A stretch of 64,000 bases of DNA from Euprymna scolopes (Eukaryota), in NCBI GenBank assembly GCA_053919585.1, contig CM132797.1. The stretch is one strand, 5' to 3'. The position numbers were made by a program, and so were the translations under genes. The notes under the pieces are model-generated. The model saw only the letters and a list, made by a program, of their open reading frames with translations. It was not told where the DNA came from and did not search any database. Every line of letters starts with the position of its first letter. Within the stretch, counting starts at the first letter, position 1. This document shows positions 1-11,226 of the stretch, piece by piece.

Positions 1-296
1 GTGCCTAAACCTAAATGTAGATTCCATGAACAGAGCTTCTTTCTTAGAACTGTACGCCTGTGGAATTGTCTTCCGTTTTCCTGCTTTCCGGCTGACTACA
101 ATATGGTTGTCTTTAAGTCTAACGTAAATAAGTTCTTGATGAGCCGTTCCACATAAGTTATCAAATTTACCAAATTTTCATTACTAATGATTACTATATT
201 GTCCAATTTCTTATGTACACTCTTTAACCCTTATCCTTGAGTGGCCTCTTGGCCTTGATAATGTGGTGATGCCTATGTAAAAAAAAAAAAAAAAAA
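1..296 (+). mobile_element. 3' end of CR1/L2-group LINE (family A)
   Basis: Translates to PKPKCRFHEQSFFLRTVRLWNCLPFSCFPADYNMVVFKSNVNKFL* (typical ORF2 C-terminus), then 3' UTR and poly(A) at 279-296; the same tail recurs elsewhere in the window. Confidence 0.85.
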
Positions 297-1123
297 GGTA
301 GGATGTGAAAAGTCAGTGCACTAAAGCCAGCGCACTTGTGGAAGAACAATCTGACCGGTAAAAAACAATGTCTGTGCAGTCGCGTTGATATTTCCCGGTA
401 GGAGCGCCTCAGATGATTACCAATAAATTAACACTTTCTAAAAGGGGGGAAGAAAGACATGAGAACCTGAACCTCGTAGAATTGCGCAGAACAAGAGATA
501 TACTTCAGTTAACAGAGAACAAGTAATCTCAACAATGGTCTAAATTATGCTGTCTTTTACACCGAGAGAACGCCCGTCTTCGAGCCTTTCATCTGAGATG
601 AGAATAGTCGTTTGAATTATCCAAATAATACGCTTTCTGAAGATAGAATGGCCGTGTCTTAAGAATATCTGTTCTCGTTGTTTATTAATTCATGATTGCT
701 TGATCGTATATATTTGCTTTTATCAGTTCCCTCTTTGTAAACGTGCGAATTCCAAAAGGTAAGGTTGGCTGATTTTAGCATCGATAAGGAACGCTTAACA
801 ATAAAGTTTGAATTCGTTTGTGGCTTTCCTCTCTTTAGGTTTTTTATTACCTCCCTTGTTATTACTTCCCTTTATTTTTTGTATATTTTTGCATTTCGTT
901 TTTTTTTTTTTTTCCATTTCTCGCGGTGTCTTTTGTTATAAGCAAAGCACTTATTTCCTATTCTGATTTATTTTATTGTTCTTCAATTTAATCGATCAGT
1001 TTTTTCCCTTTATTCCGCGTTTTTATATTTAGTCTTGAGCTACCCTTCAATTTTCCTTTTATTGAATTGTCTTAATAAGTAGGCTCGTTTTCTTCACTAG
1101 TTTTGGTCTTTTTAACTACCACG

Positions 1124-1197
<74 letters not shown>

Positions 1198-1240
1198 TAT
1201 ATGTATATATATATATAGTAAGTTATAAAATATATATATA

Positions 1241-1303
1241 GCAATTAAGCTACACAGAATATTCCACGTTTCATTCTCGTGTGAATTCGTCAGGCTTAAT
1301 TGC
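1241..1303 (-). ncRNA. Type I hammerhead ribozyme, intact core
   Basis: Minus strand: GCAAUUAAGC-CUGACGA-AUUC(acacga)GAAU-GAAA-CGUGGAAUAUUCUGUG-UA/GCUUAAUUGC; perfect 10-bp stem I, GUA cleavage triplet. Confidence 0.85.
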
Positions 1304-1410
1304 CATATATATTTTTACAACTCACTACCTAGCTCTACCTATTTATGGAGCTCTGTTGAAGTAAATACTGAAAATTTACGCATAAAATTATATTTTCGTA
1401 TATTAATTTT
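1241..1410 (-). repeat. Hammerhead-bearing dispersed repeat (second copy at 49264-49425)
   Basis: Clear similarity over about 165 bp; both copies abut (TA)n. Confidence 0.85.
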
Positions 1411-1447
1411 TGTGCTTAAATAAAGTCGTCGTATATATATATATATA

Positions 1448-1489
<42 letters not shown>

Positions 1490-1867
1490 TAAATAGATAG
1501 ATAGATAGATGGCTGACATGTAGCAACGTGGGGATGGCATTTCTTTTTCCCCAAACACCAGGTTTATCATGTACAATATCAACCTTTTGTTGGTAACATA
1601 AAATGGAAACAACATGTGACGAGTTGGTGAGGACAGGAAATTTTTATGAACACATAAAATCATAAAATTGCCATTCCATTAACGAAACGGCTGTAATGAA
1701 GAAATCCAGAATGAAAGAAACAAAAGTTACAAAAAAGAAAAATGTAAGTTTTTGAATTTCAACAAAGTTTTGCACTATATATATATATATATAATATTTA
1801 AAATATAATTATCCACTCTATATAAATAAAAATAATAAAAATAATTTTAAAAAAAATAATATATATG

Positions 1868-2004
1868 TCGTTCCCCATTAAAAGGGGGTACCAGAGTGGA
1901 CAATGGGAAAATTATTCCCAACAAGCATTTAGGTAAAAATACACTTTCGTATAAATACTTGAATTCATTCAAGAAAGTATCGCTAACAAAAACAAATAAA
2001 AACA

Positions 2005-2005
<1 letters not shown>
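1868..2005 (+). repeat. Short dispersed repeat between microsatellites (second copy at 47030-47158)
   Basis: Shared GGGGGTACC...GGGAAAATT.TTCCCAAC..GCATTTAGGTAAAAAT.CACTTTCGTA...GAATTCATTCAA. Confidence 0.8.
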
Positions 2006-2079
<74 letters not shown>

Positions 2080-2219
2080 ATGAAAACAAAAGGATGTAGT
2101 GTTACCCTCATTAGTTATGCATAACATGTCCAAAACTAAATGAAATCATAGTTTCAAGTAATAGCAATAATAATGTCAACCATACTAACTACAAGAGCAG
2201 TAACATAGACAGATCTTCC

Positions 2220-3174
2220 ACTAGAAAAAGGGTGAGGAGAAAGAATAATATTTAGTTAATCCCCAGTTCAGCTCAAATGTAAAAACTAATATTCCCAAGG
2301 AATTCTTCAATATTGTTGAAAATTCTTTTAGGTACCCGCATAGGTATACCAGTTTGTTTAACAAAATTTCCATCAGGATATCATACGCTACAAAGCTTAA
2401 TTTAGCCCAGACACTCATAACCTCTAATAACAAGAAAATTAAAGATGCCGAAGCAATTCCTTTTCCCTTGGTCAAGAAAACCAAATGTAATTGTCAAAAA
2501 CAAAAAAGAAGAATTCCCCCTCAATAATAACTGTATCCATGAAATGTGATTTATTCATGTACTGTAACTGAGATACCATCTAAATCCCTCCAAAGAAACA
2601 CCACTAAATTTTCCAACAGCCAATTTTTGGTCAAACAATGAACCTGCACATCCCCCTCCTCTAATAAGCTTGATTATTAGCATTACTAATAATATAAATA
2701 AAATCCCTAATAGTAACTTTTGAAAACCAGCCCAATGATAACATCACCACCCACACACCCACTTCCTATCCTAACCTTAATAACAGTCTAATATTAAATG
2801 CAAACAACAGTATCCACAATGAACCCAGAATATACACATACATCGTATCCACTTCTACTTTAATAAAGCAGAGAATCTCTAACTACACATCATCTTTTAG
2901 CAATAAAAACACAAATAGTAACCAGGGAACTTCTCTGGCTACTTTAATTAAAAAACTTAAATCGAAGAATATTCGCTTCTCAATTAATTGGAGTATTATA
3001 TGTAAATCGCAATCTTACACCCCTGGATCTAAATATTGTAACCTCTGCCTTTCTGAGGCAGTTAGGATAATAACGTCTCCTCAATCCAAAAATGTAATCA
3101 ATACAAAGAGTGAGCAAATTTTCCAATAAAAACATAGGGCAAAATGCAAGTATTGCAATTTTGAAATTACATAG
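2220..3174 (+). pseudogene. Penelope-like element, Naiad-type: RT thumb/linker and C-terminal GIY-YIG endonuclease remnant
   Basis: Manual translation, missed by the ORF track: NPQFSSNVKTNIPKEFFNIVENSFRYPHRYTSLFNKISIRISY; CNC..PLNNNC..VIYSCTV; YIVSTSTLIKQRISNYTSSF...INWSII...YTPGSKYCNLCLSEA...INTKSEQIFQ*KHR. Confidence 0.8.
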
Positions 3175-4402
3175 TGCCTCTGTTAAAATTGAAAATTCAA
3201 TTACATTAGCATTTTTTTTTACTACTGTACATTCTTATTATTGTAGTTTTTAAATACATTCTGTCAGATTTTATCATTTTGTCTTACCTAGTTTATTTTT
3301 TTTATCTTGGGAATTATAGAAATAACCAATACAAATATCGGCTGTTATTATATTATTTTATTTTTTTTACATATTAAGATAAATAGTACTCCTAAATTAT
3401 ACATANNNNNNNNNNNNNNNNNNNNNNNNNNNNNNNNNNNNNNNNNNNNNNNNNNNNNNNNNNNNNNNNNNNNNNNNNNNNNNNNNNNNNNNNNNNNNNN
3501 NNNNNNNNNNNNNNNNNNNNNNNNNNNNNNNNNNNNNNNNNNNNNNNNNNNNNNNNNNNNNNNNNNNNNNNNNNNNNNNNNNNNNNNNNNNNNNNNNNNN
3601 NNNNNNNNNNNNNNNNNNNNNNNNNNNNNNNNNNNNNNNNNNNNNNNNNNNNNNNNNNNNNNNNNNNNNNNNNNNNNNNNNNNNNNNNNNNNNNNNNNNN
3701 NNNNNNNNNNNNNNNNNNNNNNNNNNNNNNNNNNNNNNNNNNNNNNNNNNNNNNNNNNNNNNNNNNNNNNNNNNNNNNNNNNNNNNNNNNNNNNNNNNNN
3801 NNNNNNAGCAGTTTTACCATTTGTTATAATATATATACGTGTATATAATTATTTTTANNNNNNNNNNNNNNNNNNNNNNNNNNNNNNNNNNNNNNNNNNN
3901 NNNNNNNNNNNNNNNNNNNNNNNNNNNNNNNNNNNNNNNNNNNNNNNNNNNNNNNNNNNNNNNNNNNNNNNNNNNNNNNNNNNNNNNNNNNNNNNNNNNN
4001 NTGGTTTGTGCGTTGTGTATATATGTATATATGTTTATATATGTATATATATATGTAGATATATGTATATATGTGTGTATGGATGTGTGTATATATGTAT
4101 GTGTGTTTGCATGTTTATGGGTGTACTTAAGTATGTATAAATGTGGGTAAGTACGTGTATGTATGTTATGTGTATATGTATAAGTATGTATATGTGTACG
4201 AGTGTGTATATCTGTATGTATATATGTGTATATATGTATATATGTGTATGTATGTGTATATTTAATTTTATCAATATCGCTGTATGATTGACATAATCAT
4301 TTGCGTCACTATCCTTATTGCTGCTATTATAAACATTATTATTTTCGCTATCTTTATTAGTCTTTTATACTTATTACTAAATTTTGTTACTATAATTACT
4401 AA

Positions 4403-4438
<36 letters not shown>

Positions 4439-5072
4439 TTGTTACCTTTATCAACATCATGACGTTTTGAAAGCCTTAAAAACTATGATTCTGCAACACT
4501 TAAAAATTATAATCATCAATCCTACACTTTTGCTTTTAAAAATGACATTGGATTTCTTTATAGAAAGATCTGTTTCATTCTGTCTAGACAATTTCCGGTC
4601 ACAGTAATTACGAGCTTTCGCGGTTTTCCCCCACCCGCTTGAAATCACTTTTTCTTTTTAAGCCGAGGATGAAGGTTCTCATTTTGGATTTCTCTCTTCT
4701 TACTATTAGATCCCATTTGACTAGGGACAGACTTCTTTTTGGACTACTGCACTGCCCGAAAAAAAAACAACTTTCCAATCGGATTTTTTAAAACTCTCCA
4801 ATCGGATTATATGCATTGTTACGCTGGAATTATCTTGGAATACATTCTATCCAAAGAACTATTTTGCATTTTGAATCAACTCTAGAGGAGTTTCATTCAA
4901 ACTGAAATTTTATGCGCGGTTTGTTTTTATATTAGTTTTTACATATCCAATATTTTTTCATTCGTTCATTTTTTTTTGGGCAATTTATAACTACAATAAA
5001 TTGCGGTTTCACTTAATGCCTTAACAAGGAAATTCTAGTATTGCTACAAATATAATTTGCTGATTTCTTTAT

Positions 5073-5131
5073 GTCCTCTGATGAGAAAAATAATAAGCAT
5101 AACATTCTTTGAAACTCCGCGGAATAAGGAC
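5073..5131 (+). ncRNA. Type I hammerhead ribozyme, near-intact
   Basis: GUCCU-CUGAUGA-GAAAAAU...AUUCUUU-GAAA-CUCCGCGGAA-UA/AGGAC; 5-bp stem I, palindromic stem III, AUA triplet with a C.A mismatch. Confidence 0.7.
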
Positions 5132-5213
5132 TTTGTAAATTGTTTTTTGGAGTATTCAGTCGAACAATAAATTTTGATTGTAAAGTTCAACTTACAGTTT
5201 TAATTTTCTTTCT

Positions 5214-5270
<57 letters not shown>

Positions 5271-5325
5271 GGAGAGAGAGAGACAAGGAATCGGAGAGAG
5301 AGAAAGAGACAGAGAAAGATAATCC

Positions 5326-5375
<50 letters not shown>

Positions 5376-5639
5376 TGTAAAACCAGAGTGCGGCATTACT
5401 TGTGTAACAGCATATAAAATTAATTAATAGTGTCAATTGAAATTTGGGAATCCTTCTAAACATTCTGCAGATAAATCAACCTCATTTCTTATATGTAACT
5501 CTGAGGGCTGATTTTGCAGTATCTACGCGAAATTAAAGGTTTTGATAGAAGAACAAGTTTATTTACAGTGTTCATTTAATTAACATCGATATGCTATTAC
5601 ACGTATAATATACCATTCTTACTATTTCTCATATAATTT

Positions 5640-6085
5640 GAATCACAAGAGACGCTTATGGACCTTATTCTTTAAAAGATCAAGGTCAAAAAATATTAGG
5701 GGATAAAGAGTTAGCAGGGACAGAAAGAGTTCCACAAGATTGTAGTTCTTGAAAATAAGCTACTGGAATAGGAAGCGTTATTGCAATGAGCTATAAAAAC
5801 AGCGAATTTTTTTATTTTTTTACTTGGGAGTCACTACTTATCAAGGCTCTAAGACCACTCGAGGATAAGTGTTAATGAATGTTAGGTAGTAGTGCAGTAA
5901 TCGTTAATGGTGCTATTTGGATAGAATCTGATTATTTATGGGGATGGCTTAACATCAATTTGTTTACATTGGATTTGAAGGCTAGAATATTGTATTCAAC
6001 TCGGAATCACGCCAGCAGAACAGTGTTTCACAGGTTGGAAGTTCTTGAAAAGAAAATTTGTTCATGGAATGTGCGTTTAGATTTA
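5640..6085 (-). mobile_element. Two adjacent LINE 3'-end remnants (CR1/L2 group)
   Basis: Minus strand gives SSSLFSRTTILWNSF (about 5725-5780); 5815-6085 resembles the reverse complement of 1-296 including the A-rich tail. Confidence 0.65.
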
Positions 6086-6144
6086 GGCACATATAGAGAG
6101 TGGGGAAAAATCGTATATAGTGGATGTAACGATAGAAAATAACG

Positions 6145-6196
<52 letters not shown>

Positions 6197-6200
6197 TCAT

Positions 6201-6244
6201 CCGCATACAGTACTGTTTCGTTGTATCACAACTCATCAGTGCGG
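6201..6244 (-). ncRNA. Minimal type I hammerhead ribozyme, canonical
   Basis: CCGCA-CUGAUGA-GUUG(ugaua)CAAC-GAAA-CAGUACUG-UA/UGCGG; all core nucleotides present, palindromic stem III. Confidence 0.92.
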
Positions 6245-6267
6245 CTAGACAAACACCTTTCTCCAAC

Positions 6268-6326
6268 CGTGGATTGAACCTACAGCCGTCGCATTGACAG
6301 TCGGCAGCTCTCACCATCGGCTACGA
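6268..6326 (-). promoter_or_regulatory. tRNA-derived (Asp-like) internal Pol III promoter
   Basis: A box TAGCCGATGGT, anticodon-like CT-GTC-AA, B box GGTTCAATCC; no complete cloverleaf. Confidence 0.7.
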
Positions 6327-6524
6327 ATCAGTGCCTTAAATATTTCTCCTAGAGTGTGTATTAAATCCACACCCTCCCGTCGCAAAATGCTCGAACCATC
6401 AGCTTGTTTACAAACAAATTAATAGTGGGCTTCGCTTAATCGCTTTAAATATGCGTCGGGTGAAAATATATTTACAAAGTGCTCAACCCAAAGAGGGGAG
6501 GGGGCTTTAATTGTCATCCACACC

Positions 6525-6609
6525 GTCGCGACACTGGACATGCTAATGTTTCGGACACATGGTTGGTAAAAAACACTAGTCCTCGTGTCAGGCGACTTAA
6601 AAAGTGTTT
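6525..6609 (-). ncRNA. Variant type I hammerhead with expanded core and pseudoknot
   Basis: GUCGC-CUGACACGA-GGAC(loop containing AGUGUUU)GUCC-GAAA-CAUUAG...CCAGUG-UC/GCGAC; upstream AAACACU (6603-6609) complements loop II. Confidence 0.75.
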
Positions 6610-7659
6610 GTCTCCCACAGAATAAAACCAGTTCTAAACCCTTGATTTGAGATCTGTAATTTTTTTTTTTTGAGTATTCAGTCGAACAATAAATTTAATT
6701 GTAAATTTTAACTTAGTTTTAATTTTCTTTNNNNNNNNNNNNNNNNNNNNNNNNNNNNNNNNNNNNNNNNNNNNNNNNNNNNNNNNNNNNNNNNNNNNNN
6801 NNNNNNNNNNNNNNNNNNNNNNNNNNNNNNNNNNNNNNNNNNNNNNNNNNNNNNNNNNNNNNNNNNNNNNNNCTCTCTCTATCTGTATCGCTCCATCTCT
6901 CTCTCTCTCTATATGCACACAAGCATACACGCACACACACACACGCACAACACGCACAACACATACACATATATATATATATATACACGCATGTATATAC
7001 GTAATCTGTCTAGTAAGTGATACGTACACAGTTTAAGCGAGTTTGCCGTACCAGTACGAAATTAGTGACCATTTGAAAAGAACAATAGATGTATTATTTG
7101 GTAAAAACCTTTTACAATAAACAGACAATGCCAAATGTACTATTTAGCGTTAAATGACCCAACGATGGTTGATATGCCGTAAAAGTCAAGAACATGGTGA
7201 ACGGGTGAAACTTGCGTCCATTTAATCCAATTCCCTCGATAATCATCTGTTTGCGAATAAGCGGCATCTGTCAAATATTGGTCTTGGCCTTTTTTCCGCT
7301 ATAAGGAAAACCATTGCGATTTCCTTGCTTTTGGAACTTTCCCGTTCGGTGATTTCTTTTTCATTTCATATAACAATATTTGCGAGTTTATCTTTTCTGG
7401 AACCGATTTCATGGAAGCAATTATATTGACAATTGCAACGAAGACGAAATTACAACATATAAAAACCTTTTTATGCCTGAAAATATCTCTGAACTGAAAA
7501 CCCACAGAAAAAAAGCAGGTATACCTCATGTTTAAAAGTCTTTTCTTTCACCATTACTCCTCTTTTTCAGTATCATTGTTATACGTGAATCGTTTCATAG
7601 CCTTAGAAACATACGAATCAAACACACATATATAAATAGATAAATACATGACTAAAAAA

Positions 7660-7931
7660 AGCTCCCCTCTTTGGGTTGAGCACTGTCGTAAATGTATTTT
7701 ACCCGTTTCTTATTTAACGATTAAGTGAAGCTCGATGTCTGTTTGTTTGTAAACAAAGTAGTAGCTCGAGAACTAGTAAGGATGGCTTATTTAATAAGCA
7801 TTTAGTGAATCAGTTGTGAGCACTGATCTATAGCCCTGTGGTTAGAACTGCCGATTGTCAACGCGTGGTTGTAGGTTCGATCCGCGACTTGCCGTTGTGA
7901 TACAACGAAACAGTACAGTATGTGGATGACT
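7660..7931 (+). mobile_element. Second copy of the tRNA-head/hammerhead element; 5' half of the ribozyme deleted
   Basis: Inverted homolog of 6195-6500; tRNA-like 7831-7886, then GTTGTGATACAAC-GAAACAGTACAGTA without CTGATGA. Confidence 0.8.
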
Positions 7932-7979
7932 ATATAAAGGAACACACACCGACTCACATATATACACACACATATATAT

Positions 7980-8043
<64 letters not shown>

Positions 8044-8049
8044 ATGTTG

Positions 8050-8582
8050 ATACTTCTCAAAGGGAAACTTTTGTTTGTGTGTGTGTGTTTGTATGTCGGC
8101 CAAAAACCTTAGACACACGCGACAAACATTGACAAAATCAATATCGTTTGAAAGGTCAGTCTCTCGCGTGACAAATATCCAAAGATTGGCTAAAATACAT
8201 TAATTCAGTGCTGATCAACTGAGTCTTTCTTTTTTGCAAGTAGGGGTCAGTTTTTGAGTCGACGTTTTACAAAGAGGTCATACGCTTTGCAATGATTAAC
8301 CTTATCTTGAACGGCCGTGACGTCGTAAGTCGTCGCGGTGGGCGCGGCGATTAAATTGTTGTTTTTTTTTGTTTTTTTTTACTTCTTTTCCTCTTAATGC
8401 TACAAGTTCGAGCTTGGCTACTGCGGCTATTTGGGGATGGGGGCGCTTGCACGGGTACTGGATGCTATTCTCATTTTTATTTTAGGGGGTTGGTTAAATT
8501 TTTTTGTTTCTCTCCTCTCTGTTCTACAATACCCTTACCATAACACATCTCCGCACCCGCGCAACACCAAGTACCCCGCTAG
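8050..8582 (+). mobile_element. Non-autonomous Helitron-like element
   Basis: GT microsatellite near the 5' end, GC-rich 3' segment ending CTAG|T; homolog on the minus strand at about 53890-54190. Confidence 0.6.
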
Positions 8583-8586
8583 TATA

Positions 8587-9086
8587 TCTATAAAAGTAAG
8601 AATGTATGTATGTGTATAAACTGATATACTACACTATTTTTTAAAACTACAAACTTAAAATTTGGTATACAGGGTATTAAGACACGTGGAAATCTTTAAA
8701 TCCGTTTTCATTCGAATAAAATGGCTCCTAAGGGGTCGAAATTGATAAATTGGAAGTGGGAGACATCGAATTTTTATTTGTTTGCTAACTGTTTTACGAA
8801 TGCGCATGCGTGAATAATTCATATTACAGATTACTTATGTTAAGAAAAAGTAGTTTGAGAACATTTTTATAAGATCATGTCACTTTGGTCTAATATTTAT
8901 CGTATTTGATTCACTGTGTTTGGGTTTTGGTTTGGATCTCAGCTTGAGTCCATGATTATTTTTACTTGCAAGAAGTGAACTGTTTAGTAAAAACAATATT
9001 CGCGTGCATATGTCTCAGTTTCTGTACGAATTTTAATATAATATTTATGCGTATTTTGCGACCAGACAACGCTGGGCGGCCTGTAG
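8587..9086 (+). mobile_element. Non-autonomous Helitron-like element (tandem to the previous one)
   Basis: A|TC start, (ATGT)n, 3' hairpin CCAGACAACGCTGG then GTAG|T. Confidence 0.55.
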
Positions 9087-9464
9087 TTTAACATAAAGTA
9101 AATGAAATATAAATTAAATTAAAAATAAATTTCATACTTCAACCTTGAATAATATTTCTAAAAAGAACAAGTAATTAATTAAGGGGCAGCTTATTAGTTC
9201 GTTAACATTGAATTTGAAGGCGACCAAGTTATAATAAGCAAGGAATTGATCCTGCGGTAATATGTCCAACAGGTGATTTCCTTACAAAACTGTTTTGCCC
9301 ATGGAAATATCGTCTGACGCTAAGCATATGGAAGGAGAAAGAAAATATTTTCGTTGTTGTAGTAGAACGAGTTCTTGCTTAGAATGTCCTATATAGAACC
9401 AGAAACTGGAGCTCAATCGATCAACTTCTATTGAAGTAAAGAAAATGGAAGACCTCACCTCCAT

Positions 9465-9690
9465 TAAAAACTTAGCCTTCCCACCAAAAGATGCACAGAA
9501 GTATTCTCTTATAGTCAAGGAAAGAATATTGGTTAATGGTCCTAAAACGCTAAACTGATCCAGAAATTGACTCATTTCGTTAGATTTATCGGCAAAACCG
9601 ATTCCCACTCTAAATTAAAAATATATAATAATTTTTTTCTTTGCTTTTCTTATCGCAAAGTTTATTCAAGGTGTTCAAGCGTAATCACCT
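9465..9690 (+). repeat. Dispersed repeat (second copy at 11985-12208)
   Basis: Roughly 80% identical direct copies by eye. Confidence 0.8.
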
Positions 9691-9710
9691 CCAGTAAATG
9701 TGCGCATCGA

Positions 9711-10334
9711 ATAGTTCCGACTACAAATAAAATAAAATAGTTCCGACTACAAATAAAATGAAATAGTTCCGACTACAAATAAAATGAAATAGTTCCGACT
9801 ACAAATAAAATAAAATAGTTCCGACTACAAATAAAATAGTTCCGACTACAAATAAAATAAAATAGTTCCGACTACAAATAAAATGAAATAGTTCCGACTA
9901 CAAATAAAATGAAATAGTTCCGACTACAAATAAAATAAAATAGTTCCGACTACAAATAAAATAAAATAGTTCCGACTACAAATAAAATAAAATAGTTCCG
10001 ACTACAAATAAAATAAAATAGTTCCGACTACAAATAAAATAAAATAGTTCCGACTACAAATAAAATAAAATAGTTCCGACTACAAATAAAATAAAATAGT
10101 TCCGACTACAAATAAAATGAAATAGTTCCGACTACAAATAAAATAAAATAGTTCCGACTACAAATAAAATGAAATAGTTCCGACTACAAATAAAATGAAA
10201 TAGTTCCGACTACAAATAAAATGAAATAGTTTCGACTACAAATAAAATGAAATAGTTCCGACTACAAATAAAATGAAATCGTTCCGACTACAAATAAAAT
10301 GAAATAGTTTCGACTACAAACAAAATGAAATAGT
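9711..10334 (+). repeat. 25-bp tandem satellite, about 25 copies
   Basis: Unit AATAGTTCCGACTACAAATAAAAT(A/G)A, no spacers. Confidence 0.97.
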
Positions 10335-10959
10335 ACTGAACAAAAGCAGATTCCTTTTAAATTATGTTAGAGATATAATGATAAATTTTGGAATACTGAA
10401 GATTATTTGTTCATTTTTATTTCTAGTTTCTACTCTAGAGACGGAATGAGGGGAACAAGCAAGATATAGTCCCTTTTAAATTTATGATTATCTTCCCTTC
10501 AGTTAATATGAAAGCTCCCACTCTTTTTCCACATTAAAGAATGAATTGTCTGCTTTACCATGTCTAATTATACAACCAAATGGATAGCAAAATCCGGAAG
10601 TCTTAAAGTGGAGACAATATTGACTACAGCTGAATGATTTGATGTCATTTCATGACGTCATACAATGAAATAATTTAATCACACCAGTTTTACACCGAAA
10701 CGTATAAAGGTTTTGTCTTGGAATACCTTCAATAAGAATCAAAAATCGATGATAAAAAAAAATCCGATTGAAGACAGAACAGTCAGATTTTGACCAAAGC
10801 TAACACTCTTATCACAAGTGCGCGTGAGCAGTTTTCTCACCGGCTCCATCATATAAAATCAACAGAAGGTTTGCTGATAAAACAAGAGCGTTTTTAAATG
10901 AATTTTTTTTTTGTTTAGAACCAAAATACATGGCTTCTGTATTTTAAACTATAATTTAA

Positions 10960-11226
10960 ATACTATATAAAATAACTTTATAAAATTAACAGTAGATTCT
11001 TTATAGTGCAATGTAAACTACAAGGTATTGTGGAATTATGACTGTGGGAGCATATGAAGCTTCCTTCCGGTGCACCGCGGTGGGTTCCCGACTAGAGCAG
11101 CCAATCAATCGAATTGATTGAAAAACCAGCAGTTTCACTGATCTCGATGACAATAAAGGTATTGGGAGTGTGAAACATTCGTTGATCCATCATTCAATCG
11201 CAAGAAACGTTGGGTCTTCCAGCTAA
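10960..11226 (+). mobile_element. 3' part of a Helitron-like family (homologs at 38990-39250 + and 36209-36480 -)
   Basis: Shared AGTGCAATGTAAACTACAA.GTATTGTGGA...GAAGCTT...GGTGCA.CGCGGTGGG block and 3' hairpin. Confidence 0.6.

Noticed and set aside
1339-8060. YIYIYI, ERERER and CVCVCV ORFs, and X-filled ORFs here and throughout
   Set aside because: Translations of microsatellites or assembly gaps
9711-10334. CRISPR-like array
   Set aside because: Head-to-tail repeats with no unique spacers, eukaryotic context, no cas genes
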